The notes under the pieces are model-generated. The model saw only the letters and a program-made list of their open reading frames with translations. It made no database searches and had not been told where the DNA came from. From an uncultured Rickettsiales bacterium (GTDB lineage Bacteria > Pseudomonadota > Alphaproteobacteria > Rickettsiales > UBA1997), in NCBI GenBank assembly GCA_905478165.1, contig CAJQHK010000010.1, positions 789 to 64,788 on the forward strand: 64,000 nucleotides of DNA, in the 5' to 3' direction. Position 1 is the stretch's first letter, and each line of letters starts with the position of its first letter. A program made the position numbers and the translations under genes. This document shows positions 10,227 to 19,100 of this stretch, piece after piece.

Positions 10227-10892
10227 TTATATCTTACCACTAACAATTCTGTCATGTTTTAAAATATAGGTTTGGTTAGATTTTAATTTAATATTGATTT
10301 CTACCTGATCAAAATTATTTAATGGAGGTGTTTTAATATTAAGTGGTAATTGTGAGACAATTCTCCACTTCCTAGGACTTAGTGACCAAACTATATCAGC
10401 TTCGTGAGGGTTAACTGACGCAATAAAAATATCACTACCCTTCACATTATTTACAGAAGATATCTTACTACCATTAATCCATATAGACCAATTATCATCT
10501 GATAAATAAAGAATTGACGACAAATATATCTTTCCAAAAGCAGCGACTTCCTTAATAACAACTTCTTTCTTTTGTGTTGCTTTGACTAAGTCTGCAGAGT
10601 TTAGAGTTTCTTTTATATATCCCAACTCTTTATTAGAAAACATTAAAGACTTGAATTTATATTTTTTCTTCTTAGAGAGAGTTGGTTTATTTATTTTAGA
10701 TAAAACATTTTTTATAGTGTCTATATCACTCTTCTTTTGAAAATCTTCTTTTAAAACCTCGTCTTCTGCAGTTTTCAGCTCTACAGACTTGGTAACTTTT
10801 TTTGTCAAACTTTTACTCTCTTTATTGGCGTAGACATTGCAAGTGAGCAAAATAAAAGCAAAAAAGAGAGAGATAACTCTACTCATTCCCAT
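10227..10892 (-). CDS. hypothetical exported protein (PilP / GspC-HR-like by architecture only)
   Basis: 221 aa. It has a signal peptide (VISLFFAFILLTCNVYA-NK), a Lys-rich linker and a beta-rich C-terminal domain (IYLSSILYLSDDNWSIWINGSKISSVNNVKGSDIFIASV). It is separated from the upstream ORF by 148 bp containing a tgtagct/agctaca palindrome. Confidence 0.65.
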   Translation of the reverse strand: MGMSRVISLFFAFILLTCNVYANKESKSLTKKVTKSVELKTAEDEVLKEDFQKKSDIDTIKNVLSKINKPTLSKKKKYKFKSLMFSNKELGYIKETLNSADLVKATQKKEVVIKEVAAFGKIYLSSILYLSDDNWSIWINGSKISSVNNVKGSDIFIASVNPHEADIVWSLSPRKWRIVSQLPLNIKTPPLNNFDQVEINIKLKSNQTYILKHDRIVSGKI

Positions 10893-11040
10893 ATTATTGA
10901 AAATTAAAATTCTAAAATAAACATTTCGTGCAATATTTGTAGCTTAGCTACATTTATACTTTTTAATTATAGTAAGTAAACATATTCAAATTAGTAATCC
11001 GGCACAACTAAAACCCTTCCAAGTCAGTTATACCACTATC

Positions 11041-11754
11041 TTAAACACCGTTTTTCTCCCTCATAACGAGATACCATGTATAATTTATGTTAAAATCTAT
11101 AATAAATTGATCATATTCTTTCTTTTTTATTTTTAAAATTTCTTTATATAGGTATTTGTCCTTTTTTTTAGTAATTGACATATCGCTGATAATAAAAAAT
11201 CCATCCAAATCATTGATAATATTGTCAATAAAATCCAAACCCTCGATATCGGTCATGACAGAAAAAGATATATTACCATTAACAGAATCTAAATATAATT
11301 TTTGTAAATTGAGAGATCCGACCTCTAATTTTTTTTTCTTTGATTCAGTTATTACCAGATTATGCGTCTTGTATTTTGCAGAAACAGATGTAATTTTATT
11401 TTTTAAATAATTAAGCTTTATATTCTTTAGGCCTGTAAGATTTAAACTAGATTTATCCCACCTCTCCTTATACCTCTTAATATCAGCAACCTTACCCTCC
11501 ACACTACTTATATCCTTCTCAAGTCTGACAATATTAATGTTAATATTTTTTAACTCCTTATCATGTTGAGATTGAGATTCTTTTTCTATATTTTGAAAAA
11601 GAAAAATAACGCCCACAAAAGAACAGGCAAAAATAATTTCAACAACAATCTTAATAAGGTACATACGAACCTTTTTATCATAAAAACTAACCTTCTTCTT
11701 AATATTAAGATCTTCTAGTCTGGGTTTTTGTTTTTTCTTATTTTCCTCTGGCAT
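11041..11754 (-). CDS. hypothetical bitopic coiled-coil membrane protein (PilO / GspM-like by architecture only)
   Basis: 237 aa. It has a basic N-terminus, a single TM at about residues 31-53 (YLIKIVVEIIFACSFVGVIFLF), a long K/E coiled coil and a C-terminal globular part. The gap to the upstream ORF is 3 nt. Confidence 0.65.
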   Translation of the reverse strand: MPEENKKKQKPRLEDLNIKKKVSFYDKKVRMYLIKIVVEIIFACSFVGVIFLFQNIEKESQSQHDKELKNININIVRLEKDISSVEGKVADIKRYKERWDKSSLNLTGLKNIKLNYLKNKITSVSAKYKTHNLVITESKKKKLEVGSLNLQKLYLDSVNGNISFSVMTDIEGLDFIDNIINDLDGFFIISDMSITKKKDKYLYKEILKIKKKEYDQFIIDFNINYTWYLVMREKNGV

Positions 11755-11757
11755 TAA

Positions 11758-13287
11758 TTATTTAGGTTCAATAGTTATATCGAAAGGATATTTATAAAAC
11801 TTCTTATTAAAATTAATATTATTTGGTATATCCTTATATTTTAACTTTTCTTTAGTGAGGGGGGTTTTTAGAGACAGTATTAGCCTATCAAAATTAGTAA
11901 ATAACGTATCTATATCTCCACCATTATTAAGAATAGATCCAGAAATATTTACTTTATATTTTGTGTTAATGTTATTTGGTCTAAAATTAACCAAAGAATA
12001 TGTTATCATTTTAATGGAGTTACTATCTTTTGGAACGAAGGATGCCTTTTCTAGTCCTTCTAAATATAAGTATTCCTTATTAATAAAAAAATTATCAATT
12101 GCGCCAAAATCTATAATTTCATAGAATTTTTCCTGAGTATTTTTACTGCCTAAACTCTCTTTTCTAATCTTATCGAGCTTAAGCTCTAGATTTGACTGAC
12201 TCAATTCTTGATCAGACTTATCTTGATCTCTGTCAGAATTATCAATAAATATTTTAACAGCCATATATCCTAAAAATATAATAATTGAGATATTAACAAA
12301 AAATAAAAACGATGTCACAATAAATAAAGAGTTAATCTTCTTGATTCTGGAGGTGGAAAATCTAAAAAACTTCTTTTTGCTATTGATAAAATTACTTGAC
12401 AATAATTCGTCAGATAAAATTTCTGAACCATCTTTTTCGGAAGTTGTGATTCCTATTTTTTTAGATACAACTCCAGCTTCGTAATTTACTATCTTTAAAG
12501 ATTTAGTTCTAAGAGAGTCCACCTTCTTAATAAATTCTTTAGGTAAAATATTAATAAAATTAATATTCGAAACCTCAACTTCCGGAAAAGATCTTTTTAA
12601 ATATTGAGTAATTCTAAGGATGTCTTGCTCAAAATATCTAACAAAATTATCATCCTCCAAATTATGATCAGGATCCCTACTTAGAATTAAAGAATTTTGA
12701 TAAAAAATAAACTGCCTAAGGCCGCTTACCTTAGTATTAATGGTTATGATATCAATATTTGACTCCTTAGATAGATTAAAATCATGCAAGGCAATTTTAA
12801 AAATAACCAATAGTGACGATCTTGACTCAATTGGCAAAAGATAAACGCCAATCAGGCGATTTTTGGGCATAAACACAAGAAAGTCTATCCACTCTAACAA
12901 GTCCTTCTTTAGTTCTGCCCAAAATAATAATGCATCCCATTTTTTATCTAATCTTTTATTTTTAACAATACCACTTACAACCTCACCCTTAGTTTTGGGA
13001 CCCTCTCTGGATAAATCTTTTTTTATTAACCGCGAAACATCTAAAGACCTAATTGCTGGATAAGTTTTTTGTTTATAGATTTGATCACTATCATCAAGTA
13101 AAATATATATTGGATAATTTTCTCTGTTTTGAAAAATTTCTTTAAATGAAGACTTGGCCTCCTCTAAATCCTTAACCAAGATAGTTTTTACAATCAGACG
13201 ACCTTGATGAAAGGTAAAAACGGCGCCATTAGTACCTATGGTTACAGTGCAACTCTTTTTACTGAAAAGTTTCTTAAGCTTTTTCAT
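11758..13287 (-). CDS. hypothetical PilM-PilN fusion-like (MshI / GspL-like) membrane protein
   Basis: 509 aa. Residues about 1-317 are cytoplasmic, with the blocks TVTIGTNGAVF, IGVYLLPIESRS and IDIITINTKVSGLRQF, which resemble ASKHA/PilM blocks at pattern level only. A single TM lies at about 318-347, followed by a coiled coil and a periplasmic domain of about 130 aa. The start overlaps the queC stop by 14 nt. Confidence 0.65.
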   Translation of the reverse strand: MKKLKKLFSKKSCTVTIGTNGAVFTFHQGRLIVKTILVKDLEEAKSSFKEIFQNRENYPIYILLDDSDQIYKQKTYPAIRSLDVSRLIKKDLSREGPKTKGEVVSGIVKNKRLDKKWDALLFWAELKKDLLEWIDFLVFMPKNRLIGVYLLPIESRSSLLVIFKIALHDFNLSKESNIDIITINTKVSGLRQFIFYQNSLILSRDPDHNLEDDNFVRYFEQDILRITQYLKRSFPEVEVSNINFINILPKEFIKKVDSLRTKSLKIVNYEAGVVSKKIGITTSEKDGSEILSDELLSSNFINSKKKFFRFSTSRIKKINSLFIVTSFLFFVNISIIIFLGYMAVKIFIDNSDRDQDKSDQELSQSNLELKLDKIRKESLGSKNTQEKFYEIIDFGAIDNFFINKEYLYLEGLEKASFVPKDSNSIKMITYSLVNFRPNNINTKYKVNISGSILNNGGDIDTLFTNFDRLILSLKTPLTKEKLKYKDIPNNINFNKKFYKYPFDITIEPK

Positions 13288-13975
13288 AATATAGACATGG
13301 ATCGCTAGAATTATTTTTACTAAAACCTTCTAATCTTAAGATACAAGAGTCACAACCGCCACAAGCATAGTAAATGCCGTCCTTATAAATTGGATCATAG
13401 CAACTATGAGCATTGACATAATCTACACCGAGACTTAAGCCAAGAGCGATAATATCACTCTTACCTAATTTTATGAGCGGAGTATGAATTTTAAAAGGCT
13501 CTTTCAATGAAAGTACAGTTCCTAGGTTAGCTGCCTTTTCAAAAGATACAATGAATTCTGAACGACAATCTGGATAACCAGAATAATCGACGATATTTAC
13601 ACCAATAAAAATATTATTAATATTCCTAGACTCCGCGTAAGAAAGGGCGTATGATAAAAAAATAATATTTCTAGCCGGTACATATGTTATCGGAACATCT
13701 CCTTTGTCACCAATATGATCTCTATTTTTTGGTACTTCGATATTTTTATCAGTTAAGGCGTTGTTTTTAAAAAAACTAGTATCAATATTTACTATCTTAT
13801 GATCAGCAAAATTATAAATTTTAGCAATTTTTGTAGCCATAGAAAGTTCTATGTCATGCTTTTGAGCATAATTAAAACTTAAACCATAAAGTTCATAACC
13901 TTCATTTTTTGCAATTGCTGATAAAGTTAAAGAATCTAAACCTCCACTTAGCAATATAACTGCTTTTTTTACCAT
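13274..13975 (-). CDS. queC: 7-cyano-7-deazaguanine synthase
   Basis: 233 aa, VILLSGGLDS PP-loop, C-terminal Cys cluster (CGGCDSC). Confidence 0.9.
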   Translation of the reverse strand: MVKKAVILLSGGLDSLTLSAIAKNEGYELYGLSFNYAQKHDIELSMATKIAKIYNFADHKIVNIDTSFFKNNALTDKNIEVPKNRDHIGDKGDVPITYVPARNIIFLSYALSYAESRNINNIFIGVNIVDYSGYPDCRSEFIVSFEKAANLGTVLSLKEPFKIHTPLIKLGKSDIIALGLSLGVDYVNAHSCYDPIYKDGIYYACGGCDSCILRLEGFSKNNSSDPCLYYEKA

Positions 13976-13981
13976 ACTACT

Positions 13982-14854
13982 CTATATAATACTATTTATA
14001 ACCAAAGATATGTCAAAAATAAAAATAACCAAAATAGATAGGGATAATATTTTTTTAGACCACTTTTCTATGGGGGTGACGCCTTTAAAATAGTAGTAAA
14101 TCCAATATAAGGAGGCGATACTTATCGAGATAAGATAAAACAAACCAACAAAATCACTTCTAAATAAAATTACTGCCGAAACAAAGAATACTATCATATA
14201 AAAAATAATATTTTTTTGAGTATTGTGGATTCCTTTTTTTAATGGCATGATCACGATATTGGCTTTTTTAAAATCCTCCATACGATACAAAGTAATTGCT
14301 AAAGAGTGAGGAACTTGCCATAATGAAAAGATTATAAAAAGCATAATAGATTCAAAATCAACTTCATTACTTACAAAAAAATAAGCAATTAAAGGTGGCA
14401 TAGATCCAGAAATGCTACCAACATGAATATCATAAATAGAATTTCTTTTTAAAAAAATAGTATAAATTACAGCATAAAAAAGAAATCCTATAATAGCAGT
14501 TACAAAACTTAAAATATTACCAAAGTAATAGAGGATAGAAAATCCAAAAATTGCCAAAATTAAGCCATAAAAAAAACTGAGATTTACAGAAATTTTACCC
14601 AAAACTAAAGGACGGTTTTTGGTTCTTTGCATTAATTTATCAATATCTCGATCATAAATATTATTAAAAACACACCCAGAGGCGATAATCAAAATAATTG
14701 ACAAGATAACAATCGTTAAATCTAGCAGATCAACAGAATTAGAATATATTTTTGAGGCCAAAAAGAATCCAGCAAAGGAGTTGAGAATATTACCAACAAT
14801 AATCCCGGGTTTGGTTAAAATTAATAAATTATAAAATGTCGACTCCTTATTCAC
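13982..14854 (-). CDS. ctaB: protoheme IX farnesyltransferase (heme O synthase)
   Basis: 290-aa polytopic UbiA-superfamily protein with NIYDRDIDKLMQRTKNRPL, as in CtaB/CyoE. Confidence 0.85.
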   Translation of the reverse strand: MNKESTFYNLLILTKPGIIVGNILNSFAGFFLASKIYSNSVDLLDLTIVILSIILIIASGCVFNNIYDRDIDKLMQRTKNRPLVLGKISVNLSFFYGLILAIFGFSILYYFGNILSFVTAIIGFLFYAVIYTIFLKRNSIYDIHVGSISGSMPPLIAYFFVSNEVDFESIMLFIIFSLWQVPHSLAITLYRMEDFKKANIVIMPLKKGIHNTQKNIIFYMIVFFVSAVILFRSDFVGLFYLISISIASLYWIYYYFKGVTPIEKWSKKILSLSILVIFIFDISLVINSII

Positions 14855-14880
14855 TTGTTATTAGCTAATTTACAAATTGA

Positions 14881-15624
14881 TTAATATGATTTTATTTTAT
14901 GATAAACATACTTGTTAGATTTTTTGACAGCATCAAGTAAATTATAATTATTTCCTAAAAATATAGCAATAGCAGTTGATAACATACAACCAGTTCCTCG
15001 ACAATTTTTATTCAACCTTTTATTTTGTAATTTTATAATTTTATTGTCAGAAAACAAAAAGGACAGAACTTTATCTGATTTTTCTTGAAAATGACCTCCT
15101 TTAACCAAAATATTACTTACACCAAAATTTTTTAAATTTTTAACCGCTTTCGCAATATCGTCAAAATTTTTAATTTTTATTCCAGATAAAATTTCTAACT
15201 CATAAATATTTGGAGTAACTAAATAGCAATTTGCAATTAATTTTAATTTAATTTCAGCAATTGCTTCAGAAGAAATTAAATTATATCCATTGCTAGCTTT
15301 AATTACTGGATCAAAGATAATCTTAATATTCTTTGTGGTTAGAAAATCTATTATTTCCTTAACAGAACTAGAATTTCCAACCATTCCAATTTTAACCAGA
15401 TCAATCTTATTTGCAGAAAATATAACCTCTAACTGGTCCTTAATAATTTTTCGATCTAAATATAAAATATTACGAATTTCTTGATTATTTTGAGCATTTA
15501 TGGCGGTTATGATATTAAAAATATTGGCACCCAGATCATATCCAACTCCAAAGTCAGCCATAATTCCCGATTTCGAAAGAGGATCTGAGCCAGCAATAGT
15601 TAAAATATTTGGTTTTTTAGACAA
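14881..15624 (-). CDS. thiD: hydroxymethylpyrimidine / phosphomethylpyrimidine kinase
   Basis: 247 aa with the ribokinase-like fold signature. N-terminal LTIAGSDPLSKSGIMAD and C-terminal GTGCMLSTAIA. Confidence 0.85.
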   Translation of the reverse strand: MSKKPNILTIAGSDPLSKSGIMADFGVGYDLGANIFNIITAINAQNNQEIRNILYLDRKIIKDQLEVIFSANKIDLVKIGMVGNSSSVKEIIDFLTTKNIKIIFDPVIKASNGYNLISSEAIAEIKLKLIANCYLVTPNIYELEILSGIKIKNFDDIAKAVKNLKNFGVSNILVKGGHFQEKSDKVLSFLFSDNKIIKLQNKRLNKNCRGTGCMLSTAIAIFLGNNYNLLDAVKKSNKYVYHKIKSY

Positions 15625-15706
15625 ATTTTATTGGATTGAAATTAAAAACAAAATTCTAAAATTATTTTTCAAAAAAACAAATCCATAAAAACTAATCTAC
15701 CTAAAT

Positions 15707-15746
15707 GTTGCATTATAGAGCAACTTCGGTATTATTACGAGATGAA
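15707..15746 (+). repeat. Family D repeat, copy D2
   Basis: ctacctaaatgttgcattatagagcaacttcggtattattacgagatg is about 80% identical to the reverse complement of 50971-51020. Confidence 0.65.
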
Positions 15747-15849
15747 TAATATAAATTTACTCTCTATTGCCATTTTTAAGATAATCATATTGAATTCTTG
15801 AAATATCTTATCTATCATAACAAGTAAAAATATTTTAATTAATTGATTT

Positions 15850-16251
15850 ATGGATAATAAAAACCGACCATTATCACCACATTTGCAAATTTACAAACCA
15901 CAAATGACTTCTCTTACCTCAATCATGCATCGCATGACTGGCGTTTATCTGTTTCTTGGAGTCTTAGTTTTGTCGTGGCTTTTTATTTATTATCAATACC
16001 AAACAGATTTAGTGTTTGGCAGTGAATATAAAGGATGTTCTAATGCAACCTGGACCTATGTCACTTATTTTTTCTCATTTACTTGGCTTTTTGCACTTTA
16101 TTACCATCTTTGTAATGGCGTGCGCCATTTAATGTGGGATATTGGCAAAGGATATGATATAAAAATTGCTTATCGTAATGCCTATATTGTTATTTTTTCA
16201 GCAATTTCTTTAACAATTGCCACCATTTTTACTTATTTTTACCTTAGATAA
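15850..16251 (+). CDS. sdhC: succinate dehydrogenase cytochrome b556 subunit
   Basis: 133 aa, RPLSPHLQIYKPQMTS..IMHRMTG motif, 3 TM segments. Confidence 0.88.
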   Translation: MDNKNRPLSPHLQIYKPQMTSLTSIMHRMTGVYLFLGVLVLSWLFIYYQYQTDLVFGSEYKGCSNATWTYVTYFFSFTWLFALYYHLCNGVRHLMWDIGKGYDIKIAYRNAYIVIFSAISLTIATIFTYFYLR

Positions 16252-16604
16252 TGACAAAAATCAGAAAATCAGAAAGATCAGGATCACGTCACTGGATCTT
16301 CCAGAGAATAAGTGCTGTAATTTTAATATTCTTAGTTTTGTGGCTTGGCTACTCCTCTTTTGCAATGTTGGTTGACAATTCTTATATAGAGACTTTCTTT
16401 TCTTATGTTAGTAACACAGTTTTATCTATTATATTTGTATCTACTTGTCTTTATCATGGTTCACTTGGTATGCAAACAATAATCGAAGATTATGTTTCAT
16501 GTAAAAAGTCCAGAAAAATAACTATTGCAATTATCAATATCACTTCTTTAATTACTGCCATTTTTGTTATTATTACTATTGCTCGCTTACATATTATATT
16601 ATAA
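16251..16604 (+). CDS. sdhD: succinate dehydrogenase hydrophobic membrane anchor subunit
   Basis: 117 aa with 3 TM segments. It overlaps sdhC by one nucleotide (TAATG), and the position and size fit SdhD. Confidence 0.8.
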   Translation: MTKIRKSERSGSRHWIFQRISAVILIFLVLWLGYSSFAMLVDNSYIETFFSYVSNTVLSIIFVSTCLYHGSLGMQTIIEDYVSCKKSRKITIAIINITSLITAIFVIITIARLHIIL

Positions 16605-16768
16605 ACTCACGATGAAGATAAAGACATATAAACATTTATAGATATACATGCGGTGGAGACTTAACTCCTCCTAAATCAAATAATATCTATTCATTTAAAA
16701 ACTTAACTTCTAAAGCAGAGAGGTTTCTATAATATAATGTAACACATTATTGACACTAAACTATTATT

Positions 16769-18568
16769 ATGACTGAAACTAAGATAGGAAATTACAAAAT
16801 TATTGATCACGAGTTTGACGTATTAGTTGTTGGCGCTGGTGGTGCCGGCCTAAGGGCTACTTTTGGAATGTCCTCAAAGGGCTTAAAAACCGCTTGTATT
16901 AGTAAAGTTTTTCCGACTCGTTCTCATACGGTTGCGGCGCAAGGGGGAATTTCTGGTGCTCTTGGCAATATGGGTGAAGATGATTGGAGGTGGCACGCTT
17001 ACGACACCATTAAGGGTTCTGACTGGCTTGGTGACCAAGATGCTATTGAGTATATGTGCAAAACAGCACCAGAAGCAATTATTGAATTAGAGCATTACGG
17101 CGTACCCTTTTCTCGTAACGAAGAAGGTAAAATCTATCAAAGACCTTTTGGCGGCATGACTAAGGGCTATGGCGAAGGTGGAACGGCCACTAGAACTTGC
17201 GCCGCAGCTGACAGAACTGGTCACGCCATTTTACATACACTATACCAACAATCCTTAAAACATAATACTGAATTTTTTATTGAATATCTTGCCCTTGATC
17301 TAATCATGGAGGATGGAACCTGTAAAGGCGTCATGGCTTTATCTCTAATTGATGGTACGATTCATAGATTTAAAGCAAAAATTGTATTACTTGCAACTGG
17401 CGGCTATGGTCGAGCCTATTTTTCAGCAACTTCAGCTCACACCTGTACCGGAGATGGCAATGCTATGGCTCTTCGAGCTGGTTTACCACTTCAAGATATG
17501 GAGTTTGTACAATTTCATCCAACCGGTGTTTATGGTTCCGGCTGCTTAATTACAGAGGGTGCTAGAGGTGAAGGTGGTTACTTAGTAAATTCTAAGGGCG
17601 AAAGATTTATGGAAAGATACGCTCCAAATGCTAAGGATTTAGCATCTCGTGACGTAGTATCTCGCTCTATGACTATTGAAATAAATGAAGGTCGTGGCGT
17701 TGGTGAAAATGGCGATCACATTTTCCTACATCTTGACCATTTAGATAATAATACTTTAGCTGAAAAGTTACCTGGCATTTGTGAAACTGCTAAAATTTTT
17801 GCTGGAGTTGATGTGACAAAAAATCCTATTCCTGTAATTCCAACCGTGCATTACAATATGGGCGGTATTCCAACAAATCATGAGGCAGAAGTTTTAACCA
17901 ATAAAAATGGTAAGATGGAAACAGTTCCTGGATTAATGGCTATTGGCGAAACTGCCTGTGTTTCTGTCCATGGTGCTAATCGACTTGGATCAAATTCACT
18001 TCTTGATTTGGTTGTGTTTGGTAGATCCGCAGCAATTAAAGCTAGAGAATTAATTAAAGACAATGACCCATCTCCAGAGTTTTCTAAAAATGCTGGTGAA
18101 AATGCCCTTATTAGATTGGATAAAATTAGAAATGCCGATGGCACTCAGGGTGCAGCCCAAATTCGCCTTGAAATGCAAAAAAACATGCAAAAACATGCTG
18201 CAGTATTTAGAGATGAAAAAATTATGTCCGAAGGTGTCAAAAACATCAGAAATGTTATTGATAGCTTTAAAGATCTTAAAATTAAAGATCGTGGTCTAGT
18301 CTGGAATACTGACCTAGTTGAAGCTTTAGAATTAGACAATCTTCTTGGGCAGTCTTTGGTTACAATAGCATCGGCTCTGAACAGAAAAGAATCTCGTGGA
18401 GCTCATTGTCGTGACGATTTTCCAGATAGAGACGATAAAAATTGGATGAAACATACCTTAATGTGGGCAAATGAAAAATATGAAACTAAAGTTGATTATA
18501 GAGATGTAAAGCTAAATCCTATGACTGACGAAATGAAGCAAATACCACCAAAAAAACGTACATATTAA
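16769..18568 (+). CDS. sdhA: succinate dehydrogenase flavoprotein subunit
   Basis: 599 aa, [14 protein letters not shown] motif, highly conserved SdhA core ([14 protein letters not shown]). Confidence 0.96.
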   Translation: MTETKIGNYKIIDHEFDVLVVGAGGAGLRATFGMSSKGLKTACISKVFPTRSHTVAAQGGISGALGNMGEDDWRWHAYDTIKGSDWLGDQDAIEYMCKTAPEAIIELEHYGVPFSRNEEGKIYQRPFGGMTKGYGEGGTATRTCAAADRTGHAILHTLYQQSLKHNTEFFIEYLALDLIMEDGTCKGVMALSLIDGTIHRFKAKIVLLATGGYGRAYFSATSAHTCTGDGNAMALRAGLPLQDMEFVQFHPTGVYGSGCLITEGARGEGGYLVNSKGERFMERYAPNAKDLASRDVVSRSMTIEINEGRGVGENGDHIFLHLDHLDNNTLAEKLPGICETAKIFAGVDVTKNPIPVIPTVHYNMGGIPTNHEAEVLTNKNGKMETVPGLMAIGETACVSVHGANRLGSNSLLDLVVFGRSAAIKARELIKDNDPSPEFSKNAGENALIRLDKIRNADGTQGAAQIRLEMQKNMQKHAAVFRDEKIMSEGVKNIRNVIDSFKDLKIKDRGLVWNTDLVEALELDNLLGQSLVTIASALNRKESRGAHCRDDFPDRDDKNWMKHTLMWANEKYETKVDYRDVKLNPMTDEMKQIPPKKRTY

Positions 18569-18667
18569 GTTTCATCTTTTTACAGAGGAATCCTCTCCCA
18601 GAAAAACCTCCCCACAATAATTAAATTCAAAGCTTATCTTGAATACCACACAAGGTATAAGCTTTGG

Positions 18668-18745
18668 ACTAAACTCAACCTCTAATTTGAATAAAATATA
18701 TAATTTTTAGACCAAAGAATTTCATGCTAATTTAGTTGTCGTTAA
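18668..18745 (+). repeat. Family B repeat, copy B1 (left arm, continuing into a GC-richer core up to about 18990)
   Basis: ctaaactcaacctctaatttgaataaaatatataatttttagaccaaagaatttcatgctaattt aligns with the left half of B2 (27426-27492). Confidence 0.6.
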
Positions 18746-18974
18746 TTCTCAAGGTGAATGTCCTTTACGCGAGGACATCAACGGTAAGAAGGTGCTATCA
18801 TGGAGATAAAATCTGAAGTAAACCTATGACGGCAAATGGGAGATGCTCAAAGGAGGGTTTGAAATTTCTATATACATAACGACTTCGAGAGGTCTACGCC
18901 TCACCTTTTATCAAATTACAAAAGAAGATGTTATTTTTCATTCTTTCGCTTGGCACGATGGAGTGGATAATTAA
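18711..18974 (+). pseudogene. RelE/ParE-superfamily toxin relic
   Basis: A single frame stays open for 88 codons apart from two in-frame TAA codons (18807-09 and 18819-21). Its C-terminal half, LKGGFEISIYITTSRGLRLTFYQITKEDVIFHSFAWHD, aligns without gaps to E. coli RelE as I recall it, LRGMPDCYKIKLRSSGYRLVYQVIDEKVVVFVISVGKR. Confidence 0.4.
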
Positions 18975-19100
18975 GAAAATCCTTCTTAGTAATTAGCATC
19001 TTAAAAGATAAATCCAAATCATGCCATTATTATGGATAAAAAATAGCATAGCACCACGTTAACGGGGTTGCACCAGCTCTAAAATTTTTTTATAAAATCC

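Noticed and set aside
18741-18810. The idea that the sdhA-downstream frame (..QGECPLREDINGKKVLSW..) is a remnant of sdhB (CREGICGSCAMNINGxNxLAC).
   Set aside because: Only an ING and one Cys line up, the 2Fe-2S cysteines are absent, and the spacer is too short for sdhB. The same frame continues into a much better RelE-like match.
18745-19095. The GC-richer cores at 18745-19095 and 25520-25700 as structured RNA genes (two-piece tmRNA, SRP/4.5S RNA, RNase P RNA, riboswitches).
   Set aside because: I found no tRNA-like T-arm or CCA end, no tag-peptide frame ending in AA-stop, no SRP GGAAGCAGC-type motif and no RNase P conserved GAGGAAAGTCC-type block. I also found no glycine, preQ1, SAM-II or B12 box. 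A novel RNA cannot be excluded without covariance analysis.
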